Assembly: GCA_963746875.1 (NCBI GenBank)
Contig: CAVVDA010000001.1
Location: 832,025-896,024 of the forward strand
DNA: 64,000 bases
Origin: Thermoanaerobaculia bacterium
GTDB taxonomy: Bacteria; Acidobacteriota; Thermoanaerobaculia; UBA5066
Reading direction: 5' to 3'
Part shown: positions 54,713 through 64,000 of the stretch, piece after piece
Layout: the number at the start of each line of letters is the position of its first letter
Position numbering within the stretch: position 1 is the stretch's first letter
The notes under the pieces: model-generated
What the model was told of the DNA's origin: nothing
The model's input: only the letters and a program-made list of their open reading frames with translations
Databases searched by the model: none
Translations under genes and position numbers: made by a program

Positions 54713-55853
54713 TCAGATATTGAAAGAAAATTCCTGGATGTTGACGATGTACTTGAGGTTGAAGATCCACCTGAGGTACATCTTGATGGGCACGGCGAGC
54801 ATGATGAGGAAGAGGTTCACGCCCACGAAGAAGCGCACCATCCCCATCTTTTCGTAGAAGCGCTTGAAGAGCGTCTTGGAAAGGAGGCCCGGGAGCGCGC
54901 CCGAGGTAGACGAGGACGAGGAGGATTCCCGGCAGCTCGCGCTTGAGCCAGAACGTCGGGAGCGCCGTCTTCAGCCACTTGACCCAGAAGATCTCCGAGA
55001 CGCTCACGTTGTTCAGCGGGACGAGCTTGTTCGGGTCCCAGTACTCGTACGGGCCGAAGAAGTTCCAGTTCGGCCCGCGCAGGAACGTCCCGAGGATGAT
55101 GAGGACGACCCACAGGATGATGAACCCGAAGCAGAACATGACGATCTCCCACTTCCTCTCGCGGAAGGAGAAGTAGCCGTTCCCGCGCGGGTTCGTGTCG
55201 ATGTACGGGATCGCCATGAGGCCCACGATGATGAGCGTCGGCAGGACGACGCCGGCCATCCACGGGTCGAAGTAGACGAGCAGCTCCTGCAGCCCGAGGA
55301 AGTACCACGGCGCCTTCGCCGGGTTCGGAGCCGCGCCGGGGTTCGCGGGCTCCTCGAGCGGCGCCTTGAGCACGATCGACCAGACGACGAGGACGATCGA
55401 GCAGACGATCAGCGAGACGAGCTCGACGTAGACGAGGTCGGGCCACGAGAAGACCTTCTTGTCGCTGTCGTCCTTCTCGAGGGGCGGCAGGCCCGCCGAA
55501 AGGCGCGCGTCGTTCAGGTGCGCCTGATACATGGCGTACCAGAAGAAGAACCCCACGAGGAACAGCATCCCGAGGATCGGGACGTTGTCGGGCGTGGTCG
55601 CGACGATGCGGAAGTTCGGATCCGTGAAGCTGAACGCGAACCCGCCCACGAGCGTCGCGAAGAGCACGAGCCCGCCCTTTTTCGTCCAGAGCGGCTTGTA
55701 GAACATCGCGCCGACGAGAGAGAGCATCGACAGCGTCACCGCGATGGCGGGCGACGCGAGCCAGTTGATGAGGGATTTCAGACCGCTCATAGCGGTCCGA
55801 TGAGGGCTCATCGAGCGCTCGCCTTGGCTTAGCATAGAACGCTCCCGGACCAA
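54713..55853 (-). CDS. Cytochrome b C-terminal / subunit IV-like membrane protein, extended (one frame disruption near 54895; start uncertain)
   Basis: Multiple TM helices and the conserved PEWYFL-like motif (AKAPWYFLGLQELLVYF). The C-terminal ...GALPGLLSKTLFKRFYEKMGMVRFFVGVNLFLIMLAVPIKMYLRWIFNLKYIVNIQEFSFNI* is recovered in another frame, with stop TGA 54713-54715 lying 1 nt before the cytochrome c ATG. Possible starts are 55853, 55811 and 55787. Confidence 0.8.
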
Positions 55854-55875
55854 CCAACGCTCAACGGACTCGTAT

Positions 55876-56670
55876 TCAAAGGGCCCACTGATTCCCCCGT
55901 CCTTTCCTGACCCGCCAGAAGTGGACGGCCATGAGGAAGGCGGCGACGAGCGGGATGAAGACGCAGTGGAGGACGTAGAACCTGAGGAGCGCGTTCGCGC
56001 CCACGATGCGCCCGCCGAGGAGGCCGAAGCGCGCGTCGCTGCCGGCCGTCACGAGGTTCACGCCGTTCACGGCGAGCTGCGCGGCGAACGGCCCTTCGTT
56101 GCCCGCGAGCGGCGTCGCGCGCGCCATGTTCGAGCCGACCGTGATGGCCCAGATCGCGAGCTGGTCCCACGGGAGGAGATAGCCCGTGAAGGACAGGAGC
56201 AGCGTGAGGACGAGCAGGACGACGCCCACGTTCCAGTTGAACTCCCGCGGCGGCTTGTACGAGCCGGTCATGAACACGCGGAACATGTGGATCCACACGG
56301 AGATCACCATCGCGTGCGCGCCCCAGCGGTGCATCTCGCGCATGATTCCGAAGGGCACCTGCTCGCGCAGGTCGAGCATGTCGCCGTAGGCGTACTCGAT
56401 CGTCGGCCGGTAATAGAACATGAGGAGGAGGCCGGTGAACGTGAGCGTCAGGAACAGGAAGAACGTCATCCCGCCGGCGCACCACGTGTAGCGCATCTTG
56501 ACGCCCGACTTGCGCGTCTTCACCGGGTGCAGGTGGAGCACGACGTTGCCGAGCATCGCGAGCACGCGCTTGCGGTTCGTGTTCGGGATGCCGACCCGGA
56601 AGATGGACTTCCAGATCTGCGTCTCGACGACCTGCTGCTGGAGCTTCTTCCAGGATCTCTCGAGGCTCAT
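55876..56670 (-). CDS. Cytochrome b (b6-like N-terminal, four-helix, haem-binding subunit)
   Basis: Intact 264 aa: LHLHPVK...[10 protein letters not shown]...[12 protein letters not shown]...WIHMFRVF...[15 protein letters not shown]...[11 protein letters not shown]...HFWRVRK (His ligands for two b haems). Confidence 0.92.
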   Translation of the reverse strand: MSLERSWKKLQQQVVETQIWKSIFRVGIPNTNRKRVLAMLGNVVLHLHPVKTRKSGVKMRYTWCAGGMTFFLFLTLTFTGLLLMFYYRPTIEYAYGDMLDLREQVPFGIMREMHRWGAHAMVISVWIHMFRVFMTGSYKPPREFNWNVGVVLLVLTLLLSFTGYLLPWDQLAIWAITVGSNMARATPLAGNEGPFAAQLAVNGVNLVTAGSDARFGLLGGRIVGANALLRFYVLHCVFIPLVAAFLMAVHFWRVRKGRGNQWAL

Positions 56671-56677
56671 TCTTCTC

Positions 56678-57220
56678 CTATGTCGTCTTGATGAAGGCCG
56701 CGGGATCGGTCCACTGGCCCTTCTCGTAGAGGAACTTCCGCGCCTTGTCGATGAAGATCTGCCCGTCGTCGGGCGAGATGGAGATGGCCGCGCGCTCGAG
56801 CGGGCGCGGCGTCGGCCCTTCGAAGTTGATGCCGGAGCGGTAGTAGCCCGAGCCGTGGCACGGGCATTTGAACTTGTTCTGCGCCTGGAGCCAGTTCGGA
56901 ATGCAGCCGAGGTGCGTGCACACGGTGATGAGCGCGTAGATCATCTCGGTGTTGCGCACGACCCAGATCTGGTACTTCTCCTTCCAGCGCTCGTCGACCT
57001 CGCCGACCTGGTAGTCGGACGGAAAGCCCGCCTTGAAGGACGACGGCGGCTCGAAGAGGACGTTCGGGAACAGGAAGCGCGCCATCGTCGTGACGAACGC
57101 GCCGACGCCGGCGGCGAACGCGAGCCACCCGACGGCGAGCCAGCTGACGAAACTGCGGCGCGTGGGGGCAGCGGCCGCGTTTTCCGCGACCGCGACTCGA
57201 ACCGAACTCGTTTCCGTCAT
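56678..57220 (-). CDS. Rieske [2Fe-2S] protein with twin-arginine signal
   Basis: Intact 180 aa with a TRRSFVSWL Tat motif plus TM segment. Cluster boxes: CTHLGC and CPCHGS. Confidence 0.93.
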   Translation of the reverse strand: MTETSSVRVAVAENAAAAPTRRSFVSWLAVGWLAFAAGVGAFVTTMARFLFPNVLFEPPSSFKAGFPSDYQVGEVDERWKEKYQIWVVRNTEMIYALITVCTHLGCIPNWLQAQNKFKCPCHGSGYYRSGINFEGPTPRPLERAAISISPDDGQIFIDKARKFLYEKGQWTDPAAFIKTT

Positions 57221-58177
57221 CCGTCCCCTCGAGCAAAAACGTGAGACAAAGTCTCAAAAATTCCGAACTCCGTCAAGGCGCGCCTTTCGGCTGCGGCGGT
57301 GCGGATTGCCTTCTCCCCGAGGAGGATCTTTTTCGCCTCGCGCCTCACGCGCAGCGAGGGGTCCGCGTCTGCCATCTTCTCCGCCGAGCGCCTTCGCCGC
57401 CGGGTCGTGCAGGAGAACGAGGCCGCGGAGTCCGTTGAGGAGCGCGTCCTCCTGCTGGTCCGCGGTGAGGCCGGGCGTCGACCGCAGACGCTCGCGGTCG
57501 CACATGCCGACGAGGACGTCGCGCCCGGCGGGGTCGTCCAGCGTCGCGAGGGCGAGCGCCGCGTTCCAGCGGACGTCCGTGACGGAATCCGCGAGGAGCT
57601 TCCTCAGCGCGGGGATCGCCTCGCCGTCTTCCATCCGCCCCAGCGCGTAGGCCGCGGTCTTGCGGATTCCGGGGTCTTCGGACTCGAGCAGCGGCCGCAC
57701 GCGGGGCGCCGAGGCGGGATCTCCGACGAGGGCGAGCGCCCACAGCGCGTAGAGGCGCGTCTCGGGGTCCTTGTCGTCGAGCGCCTTCTCGAGGAGCGGG
57801 ACGGACCGCGGGTCCCCGAGGCGGCCGAGGACGAGCGTCAGGTACCGCCTCACGCGCGGGTCGTCGTTCTCGGCGCCCTCGTAGGCGCGCAGCGCCGCGG
57901 CCGAGAATGCCGCGCGCTCTTTCGGATCCGTGAGGGCGGGCAGCTTCTTCGTGAGCTCGAAGGCCGACTGCCAGCGCTGGTTCCGGCTCCCCGTGCGCAC
58001 GTCGCTCAGCAGCTCGGCGGCGTTCTTCTTGTCGACGGCGATGGCGCCGAAGAGCCAGAAGACGAAGACCGCCACGCCGACGACGAACAGCGGGATGACG
58101 AAGAACTGGACGAGCAGCCGCCCTGCAGGAGTCGGGACGGAGGATTCTTCTGTTTCGGAAGGAGGGATTTCGGTCAA
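57217..58177 (-). CDS. Membrane-anchored HEAT-repeat protein (one frame disruption near 57395 if the stop overlapping the Rieske ATG is used; uncorrected ORF ends at 57254)
   Basis: N-terminal TM segment LLVQFFVIPLFVVGVAVFVFWLFGAIAV. Repeated HEAT/PBS-lyase-like units follow (DPRVRRYLTLVLGRLGDPRSVPLL, DKDPETRLYALWALALVGDP, SEDPGIRKTAAYALGRMEDGEAIPAL, DSVTDVRWNAALALATLDDP). The alternative frame gives ...AEKMADADPSLRVRREAKKILL...FARGDG* and ends in TGA 57217-57219 (ATGA with the Rieske start). Confidence 0.7.
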
Positions 58178-58627
58178 TTACAGGACCGGCAGGTACTGCT
58201 TCGCCTGCGTGACCGGGTTCGGGACGTAGATGGCGTCCTTGTCGCAGACCGTCTCGCAGAGGCGGCAGGACACGCACGGGGCCGCGTCCACCTCGGCCAC
58301 CTTGTAGTGGAGGTTCGGGGCGAGCGGGTCGGCCACGAGGTGGATGCAGTCGAACGGGCAGATGTCGATGCAGAACTCGCACGCCGTGCAGAGCTCACGG
58401 TCCACGATGGCCTTCGGGATGTCCTTCGGCTTGACCTTCTGGATGAGGTCGCCGTGCTGGTCCTGGATGCACGAGACGGGGCAGTAGACGGCGCACACGG
58501 AGCAGTCGATGCACCGGTCCTGGTGGATCACGAACTTCTCGTTCTTGCCGCCCGTGATCGTGTGCGTCGGGCACTTGATCTCGCAGACCCCGCATCCGAT
58601 GCACGTGTCGTGAATGAAGTGAGGCAT
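58178..58627 (-). CDS. Polyferredoxin-like protein with four CxxCxxCxxxC(P/D) [4Fe-4S] motifs, no signal peptide
   Basis: Intact 149 aa with motifs CIGCGVCEIKCP, CIDCSVCAVYCP, CTACEFCIDICP and CVSCRLCETVCD. Its stop abuts the HEAT protein start (58178/58177). Confidence 0.88.
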   Translation of the reverse strand: MPHFIHDTCIGCGVCEIKCPTHTITGGKNEKFVIHQDRCIDCSVCAVYCPVSCIQDQHGDLIQKVKPKDIPKAIVDRELCTACEFCIDICPFDCIHLVADPLAPNLHYKVAEVDAAPCVSCRLCETVCDKDAIYVPNPVTQAKQYLPVL

Positions 58628-58740
58628 GGCCCGCCCTTCGAGGAAAAGCTAGCATCGGCGGCGGGGAATGTCCATGCCGGAGGACGGCGGAACCTTTTCC
58701 CCTCCGCCCTCGTTTCCCTCTCTGGAAGCCGGAGGCCATC

Positions 58741-59330
58741 GTGAGCCAGCCTGTTGGAAGAGAGCTTCGATCCGTCGTCAACGCCCTGTTCCTGTTCGCC
58801 GTGTTCCTCCTCGTCTACTCGACGCTCGTGCCCGGGCACGCCCGGAGGAGCGTCCGGGGGCCCCGCTTCCTCAGGATGCAGGTCGAGGACCTCCGCAACG
58901 ACCGGCCACCGGGTCTCGTTCTCGGTCCCGTACGCGTTCGTCTCCGGCGCGCTGCGCTTCGCCTCTCTCGGGAAGGTGCGGCGCGAAATGGACCTCCACT
59001 TCGACCAGTCCGTGGACGCGGCCGAGATCCGCACGATCGTCCAGGAGCTGAAGGACAAGCCGGACGGCACGGACGTCGTGCGCACCCACGACGAACGCCG
59101 AGATCCACGTCAAGAAGGACGGCGAGCAGGTGACCCTGGAGGTCCAGAAGCACGGCCGGCCGGAGGAGACCGTGACACTCCGGCTGCCCTGGCGCATCGT
59201 GGACGCGGTCTCGACGGCCGACCGCGATCTCGACGTCGACGCCCTCGTCGCGCAGCTCCGGCACGCCGAGCGCGGCGACCTCGTGGAGATCACGGCCCCC
59301 GACGCGCACGTGAGGATCTGGATCGACTAG
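58741..59330 (+). CDS. Hypothetical membrane-anchored protein (two frame disruptions near 58915 and 59100)
   Basis: GTG at 58741 gives MSQPVGRELRSVVNALFLFAVFLLVYSTLVPG (TM). Then ...FVSGALRFASLGKVRREMDLHFDQSVDAAEIRTIVQELKDKPDGTDVV..., then ...VTLEVQKHGRPEETVTLRLPWRIVDAVSTADRDLDVDALVAQLRHAERGDLVEITAPDAHVRIWID*. I recognise no family. Confidence 0.45.
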
Positions 59331-61683
59331 AGCGCTCTCTTGTACGTTCCCGAGATTCGAGGCCGCGTCGAAGGCGAGCGGTCGATCTCGACGCGGACTC
59401 TCTCGGTCAAAGCCGCCGCCGTGAAAGGCTTGTGCAGAAGTCCCGTGCCCAGCTCGCGGACGCCGCGCTGGGCGACATCGGGATCGGTGTAGCCGGACAT
59501 GAAAAGAACCCGAATGCCGGGTTTGAGCTGAGCGGCGCGGGCCGCGACCTCGGGCCCGCTCATGCCGGGCATGACCACATCGGTCAGGACGAGCGAAACG
59601 GTTCGAGTCGTGGTGGACAGAAGCCGGAGCGCGCTCGCGCCGTCGCCGCTCTCCAGGACGTCGTAACCGGCCGCCTCGAGCGCTCTACACGCGAGCCGCC
59701 GGACGGCGTCCTCGTCCTCAACGAGCAGGATCGTCTCGCTTCCCCGGGTCTTCGGCATTCCCGCCGACTCGGCGGGAGCGATGCTCGCGGGCGCCTCGAC
59801 ACGAGGCAGGAAAATCCGGAACGAGGTCCCGCGCCCGGGCTCGCTCTTCACGTCGATGTACCCGCCGCTCTGACTGACGATCCCGTAGACGGTCGCGAGA
59901 CCCAGCCCCGTACCTTTTCCCGCCTTCTTCGTCGTGAAGAACGGCTCGAAGAGATGCGAGCGCGTCGCGGCGTCCATCCCGACGCCCGAGTCCGTGACGG
60001 TGAGCACGACGTGGGGCCCCGGCCGGAGCGCGTCGGCCGTGCGCGTGAAGGTGTCGTCCAGATCCTGGTCCCGGGTCTCGAGGACGAGCTTGCCGCCAGT
60101 CGGCATCGCGTCCCGGGCATTGACCACGAGGTTGAGGATCACCTGCTCGAGCTGGCCGGCGTCGGCTTTGACGAGGCCAGGGCGGGCGCGAGGCGCGTCA
60201 CGAGCTGGATGTCTTCCCCGATCAGCCGGCCGAACATCGCGGTCATGCTCCGGAGCACGTCGTTCAGATCGAGGATCGTCGGTTCGAGGACCTGGCGCCG
60301 GCTGAAGGCCAGAAGCTGCTTCGTCAGAGTCGACGCCCGCTCTCCGGCGCGGCAGATCTCCTCGAGGTCGCCCCTCGACGGATCGTCCGGCCCGACCCTC
60401 GAAAGAAGCAGCTCGCCGAACCCGAGGATGACGGTGAGCAGGTTGTTGAAGTCGTGGGCCACTCCGCCCGCGAGCCTGCCGATGGCCTCCATCTTCTGGG
60501 CCTGCCTGAGCTGCTCTTCGAGAGACCGCTGCTCGGTCGTGTCGAAGAGGTATCCGCGCACCTCGCGCAGCTTCTCCTCCTGGAAGGAGCCCGCCAGGCT
60601 TCCGCGCACGTGGACGGGCTTCCCGTCCTGGCGCCGCATCTCCAGCTCGACGTTCCAGAGACGGCCCTGCTCGCGGAGCTGCTTGAACTGGCGCTCCGCC
60701 TCCGCCGGGCTGGGGAAAAGACCCACGATGCTCTGCCGCAAGGCGTCTGCCGGAGTCCGGAAGCCGAAGATCCGGGCGAAGGCGGGGTTGCAGGCGAGGA
60801 GCACTCCGTCCGGCGTGCAGAGAAAGGTCCCGCTGAGGTTCTCGTCGAACAGGGACCGGTAGCGCTTCTCGCTTCCTTTGAGGGCTTCCTCGGCCTGCTG
60901 CCTCTGTGCGGCCTCCGCCTCGAGCTCCCCCGTTCTCTCCTTGACCCTCGCCTCCAGGTCCCGGTTCGCTTCCTCGAGCGCACCGCGGGCCGACTCCACG
61001 CGATCGACCATCCGGTTGAAGACGGCGGCCAGCTGGCCGATCTCGTCGCCGCTGTTCACCTGGACCCGTTCCGCGCGGTCTCCGCCGGCCACCTTCTCGG
61101 CCGCGGCGTTCAGCTCCCGGAGCGGACTGACGACAAAAGCGCTGATCCAGTAGGCGGCGAGGGTGCCGGCGACGAAGAGAAGCACGCTCAGTCCGGCCAG
61201 ACCCTGGCGACTGCGGCCGACTTCGGAGAGCACCTTCTCGAGCGAGACACCGATTCGGACCGTCCCGACCGCTTTCCCGTCCGAGACGACCGGGGTCTCG
61301 ACGTCCAGCCGGGACCCGTCGGCAGAGAAGGACCAACCCGAGCTCAACGGACCATCCGGTATTTCCGAGACCCCGAGCCGGCGGAACGTCGCCAGAAGCC
61401 CTCCGTCGGATCGCCTCACGACGGCGTAGAGAAGGTCCTGGTTTCGTCCGGCCCCCTGCAGAAGCTCCTGCGCCGTGCGGGCGTCCTCGAAGACCAGCGA
61501 GGCGCCGACGTTGGAGGCGATCATCTGGCACAGGCCCTCGCTGTCGTAGCGGAGAGCGTCCTTGAGCTGGCGCTCGATTCGGGGCGGGACCACCGCGAAG
61601 ACCGTGATGGCGAGAGCGCCGACGACGCTGCCGATGAGGAGTACCAGCTTGGTGGCCACACTGGGTCCTCGGAGGCGCGTCAT
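59327..61683 (-). CDS. Hybrid sensor histidine kinase (periplasmic sensor, HAMP, PAS, HisKA, HATPase, receiver) (one frame disruption near 60175)
   Basis: Two TM segments flank an approximately 150-aa sensor domain. HAMP: PLRELNAAAEKVAGGDRAERVQVNSGDEIGQLAAVFNRM. PAS: FLCTPDGVLLACNPAFARIFG. H-box: GGVAHDFNNLL. N/G boxes: NLVVNARDAMP, DSGVGMD, GTGLGLATVYG. Receiver: ILLVEDEDAVR...LVLTDVVMPGMSG...LFMSGY...LHKPF. Confidence 0.9.
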
Positions 61684-62261
61684 GGGCGCCCTTCGACCAC
61701 GGTCGCGAGACCCAGAAGGGGAGCGGCGAGATCCGCGCCTTCGGCCCGCGCCGCGCGGAGGTTCACCAGGATACGGGGGCGGTCCTGCCTCAGATCGAGA
61801 CCGATCGAGAGCCCCGCCTCGACGTACTCCGGAACGCCGGTCAGGGTGAGCGTCCTGTTTCGGCGAGTCGCCGCGACGAGGCTCGGGAGGTCGAAGGCCC
61901 TCATGGGAGTCACGTAGAGCACCCTTACTCCGAGCCGTGCCAGAGCCGTCTCGAGACTCTCCTTCCCGTCCGCGTCGACGGCAACGGCGCTCAGCCGGCG
62001 GTTCGCGGGCCCGCTCGGGCCGGCGCTGGAGAGCGCGTCCATGACCCTGTCCTTCACGGTGCTGGAAAGCCGGAATCCCGACTGGTAGAGAACGCCCACG
62101 ACGAGATTCTCTCCCCGGACGTCGGCGATGCGCCGATCGAACGTCAGCACCTTGAGGAGGACCGGAACCTGCACGTCGACGGGCACGGGCATCTGCTGGG
62201 CGAACGCCGGTCCCGCGAGGGCGAGGAGAGCGAGGACGGGACCGATCGTGAACCGACGCAA
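61680..62261 (-). CDS. YfiR-like DUF4154 periplasmic protein
   Basis: TTG at 62261 is proposed as the start. Signal peptide: LRRFTIGPVLALLALAGPAFAQ. Body: VQVPVLLKVLTFDRRI...NLVVGVLY...LYVTPMRAFDLPSLVAATRRNRTLTLTGVPEYVEAGLSIGLDL...RPRILVNL.AARAEGADL. The stop overlaps the kinase ATG (ATGA). Confidence 0.7.
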   Translation of the reverse strand: MRRFTIGPVLALLALAGPAFAQQMPVPVDVQVPVLLKVLTFDRRIADVRGENLVVGVLYQSGFRLSSTVKDRVMDALSSAGPSGPANRRLSAVAVDADGKESLETALARLGVRVLYVTPMRAFDLPSLVAATRRNRTLTLTGVPEYVEAGLSIGLDLRQDRPRILVNLRAARAEGADLAAPLLGLATVVEGRP

Positions 62262-62272
62262 CGCGCTCTCCC

Positions 62273-64000
62273 TCAGAACGCCCAGCTCACGCGCCCGACG
62301 AAGCTCCTCCCGTCCTGCTCGATCGCCGGCTGGAGGTGCTCGACCCCGCCGGGAGTCGCGTAGCGCCGATCGAAGAGATTTCGAACGGCGAGGGAGAGCG
62401 AGAACCCGCTCAGCGGCTTCGACGTGAGGTTGAGATCCGTAAGGCAATAGGACGGCGTCTCGGTCCCGTAGACGGTGAGGCGGGGGCTCTCGCAGCGAAA
62501 GCGCGCTCCCGCGGTCACGGCGCCGAAGAGGTCGGCCGAGACCATCGCCTTGAACACGTTCCTGGGCGAGTTCGAGAGCGGCGCGTCCGTTTCGTCCTCG
62601 GCCGCCTGAAGCGCGTAGCTGAGGGTGGCTCGCACTCCGCTCGGCAGGCGCGCGTCGAGCTGGAGCTCCAGCCCGTTCGCCGATGCGGTGCCGTGATTCT
62701 GGTATCGGACGTTGCCCTCGGCGTCGACTTCGGGCAGGGGATCGATGAGGTCCTTCATCGAGTAGTGGTATGCCGATACGGTGCCGTGGAGCCACGGGGT
62801 CAGCCTCTGCTCCACGTTCAGCTCGTACGTACGGATCCGCTCGCTCGTGAGGGAGGGATTCGCCGCGTCCGCCGGCGCCTGGTAGAGAAACTCGTACGTG
62901 TTGGGCGCGCGAAAAGCCTCGCCGTAGAGGAGCTTCAGGGTCCCGTGTTTCGAGTACGAATAGACGATTCCCGCCCGCGGCGCTACCCCGCTTCCGCTCG
63001 TCGAGAAGTGGTCGTAGCGAAGACCGAGAGTCACGGAGAGGTCCCGGGCGAGCTGAACCTCGTCCTGCACGTAGAGCGAGACGATCGAAGAGTGAATGTC
63101 CGCGCTGTATTGCGGCACCCCGTCGGTCTCCCACGAATAGGTCGATCGGAAGTTATACCGATACTCCGACCCGAGGGTGAGGCGGTTGCCGGAGCTCAGG
63201 TCCCAGGTGAGGCGCGCCTCGGCCCCCGCCCAGAGACCCCTCGTGTGATCGGTCATCAGACCGTAGTCGTAGGGATAGGCCCCGTCGTAACGGTATCGAT
63301 CCAGATACGTTCGAACCGTGAGCGCTTTGTCGTAGCCGATCCGAAACTCGTGCGAGAGGTCCACCCATTCCCTCTCGTCGATCGTCCCCGCCCGCCGGTC
63401 CCCGAAGATCATCCCGAAGGCTCCGGTGGGAATGCCTTTTTCTCTCCAGCTCGCGCCGGCCCGCAGAGAGGAGCTTCCGAGCCGGGCCGAGACGAGGGCT
63501 GCGAAGGCCTCGTCGTGGTCGAGCTCGCGCGCAACGCCGCCCTGGTCCGCGTACTCCGGGTAGAAGAGGTCCTGCCCGTCGACTTTCAGGTAGCGGGCCG
63601 AGCCCACCACGTCCAGCCCGCTCGCGAATCTCTTTCCTCCCGCGACCTCCGCCTCTTTCCGGCCGAAGCTGCCGAGCGACGCGGAGGCGCGCAGCCCGTC
63701 CAGCGCGGCGCCGGCCTTCGTGATGACGTTGACGACGGCCAGCATCGCATTCGTTCCGTAAAGCGCGGAGCCGGGGCCGCGGACGATCTCGACACGCTCG
63801 ACGGACGAGAGCGGGAGCGCGAAGTCCGTCCCGATCGGGGCCTGTTCGTATGTATTGTCGTTGAGCGTGTGCCCGTCGACGAGGAGGAGAATCCGGTCGT
63901 TGTAGTCGGTCGGACGGCTGAATCCCCTTGCGCCGACGTAGTCGTAGTGCCGGTCGTAGCTCACGTAGAAGCTGCGGACGCTCGAGAGCAGCTCGGCCAG
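62273..64000 (-). CDS. TonB-dependent receptor (N-terminal plug and start lie beyond the window end)
   Basis: The open frame runs to the window edge. Sequence: VERVEIVRGPGSALYGTNAMLAVVNVITK...LRYDHFS...LLYGEAFRAPN...NLFDRRYATPGG...GRSFVGRVSWAF*, ending in a terminal aromatic residue. Confidence 0.88.
   Translation of the reverse strand: MAELLSSVRSFYVSYDRHYDYVGARGFSRPTDYNDRILLLVDGHTLNDNTYEQAPIGTDFALPLSSVERVEIVRGPGSALYGTNAMLAVVNVITKAGAALDGLRASASLGSFGRKEAEVAGGKRFASGLDVVGSARYLKVDGQDLFYPEYADQGGVARELDHDEAFAALVSARLGSSSLRAGASWREKGIPTGAFGMIFGDRRAGTIDEREWVDLSHEFRIGYDKALTVRTYLDRYRYDGAYPYDYGLMTDHTRGLWAGAEARLTWDLSSGNRLTLGSEYRYNFRSTYSWETDGVPQYSADIHSSIVSLYVQDEVQLARDLSVTLGLRYDHFSTSGSGVAPRAGIVYSYSKHGTLKLLYGEAFRAPNTYEFLYQAPADAANPSLTSERIRTYELNVEQRLTPWLHGTVSAYHYSMKDLIDPLPEVDAEGNVRYQNHGTASANGLELQLDARLPSGVRATLSYALQAAEDETDAPLSNSPRNVFKAMVSADLFGAVTAGARFRCESPRLTVYGTETPSYCLTDLNLTSKPLSGFSLSLAVRNLFDRRYATPGGVEHLQPAIEQDGRSFVGRVSWAF

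Noticed and set aside
47784-60862. Other long ORFs opposite recognised genes: 47784..49769 (+), 50339..52273 (+), 57299..58744 (+), 58754..60862 (+), 45432..48071 (- downstream part) and 30441..32891 (- downstream part).
   Set aside because: Their translations are Arg/Ala/Gly/Pro-rich low-complexity strings with no motifs, whereas the opposite strand or another frame encodes clear conserved proteins. They are high-GC shadow ORFs or read-through after frame disruptions.

Overview
This is a very GC-rich (roughly 70% by eye) chromosomal segment from a diderm bacterium. It encodes a BamA-family outer-membrane protein, a TonB-dependent receptor, a SurA-like chaperone and a Rieske protein with a twin-arginine signal. 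The lineage cannot be fixed from sequence alone; gene content fits an Acidobacteriota- or Myxococcota-like organism. I recognise about 60 protein genes and no rRNA, tRNA, CRISPR array, transposase or integrase. Genes are tightly packed, with many ATGA, GTGA or TGATG stop-start overlaps.

Blocks in order:
- ABC exporter plus DUF420.
- PAS/receiver sensor.
- prmC, murA, HIT and an Slt-like lytic transglycosylase.
- SurA-like chaperone and rsmI.
- A lower-GC islet with a membrane J-protein and a GNAT.
- MFS transporter.
- SNF2 helicase plus SWIM zinc-finger pair.
- Minus-strand operon: sigma-54 activator, DksA-like protein, HolA-like protein, a giant CPBP protease and a secreted beta-helix protein.
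- rplU-rpmA-obg-nadD-rsfS.
- LemA-TPM-TPM.
- Peroxide-stress island: SixA, DUF3501, Fe-S/CCG protein and rubrerythrin, divergent from ahpC-trxB, with a palindromic operator candidate between them.
- Omp85, PduO-type adenosyltransferase, PHP phosphatase, queD and a COG2403 GTPase.
- FKBP.
- Sugar-phosphate operon tal-tkt-zwf-pgl-glk-fbp.
- hflX, TIGR02757 and TlpA.
- TonB receptor, YfiR-like protein and hybrid kinase.

The most unusual block is an approximately 8 kb Rieske/cytochrome b operon (50708-58627, minus strand). It carries a cytoplasmic 4x[4Fe-4S] polyferredoxin, a membrane-anchored HEAT-repeat protein, a split cytochrome b, an approximately 1050-aa cytochrome with eight CxxCH motifs, and an amicyanin-type cupredoxin.

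Major caveat: more than half of the genes, including essential ones, can only be read by changing frame one or more times (roughly one disruption per kb). One gene also has an in-frame TAA. This looks like indel and substitution noise in the sequence rather than biology. Ends of disrupted genes are therefore approximate.
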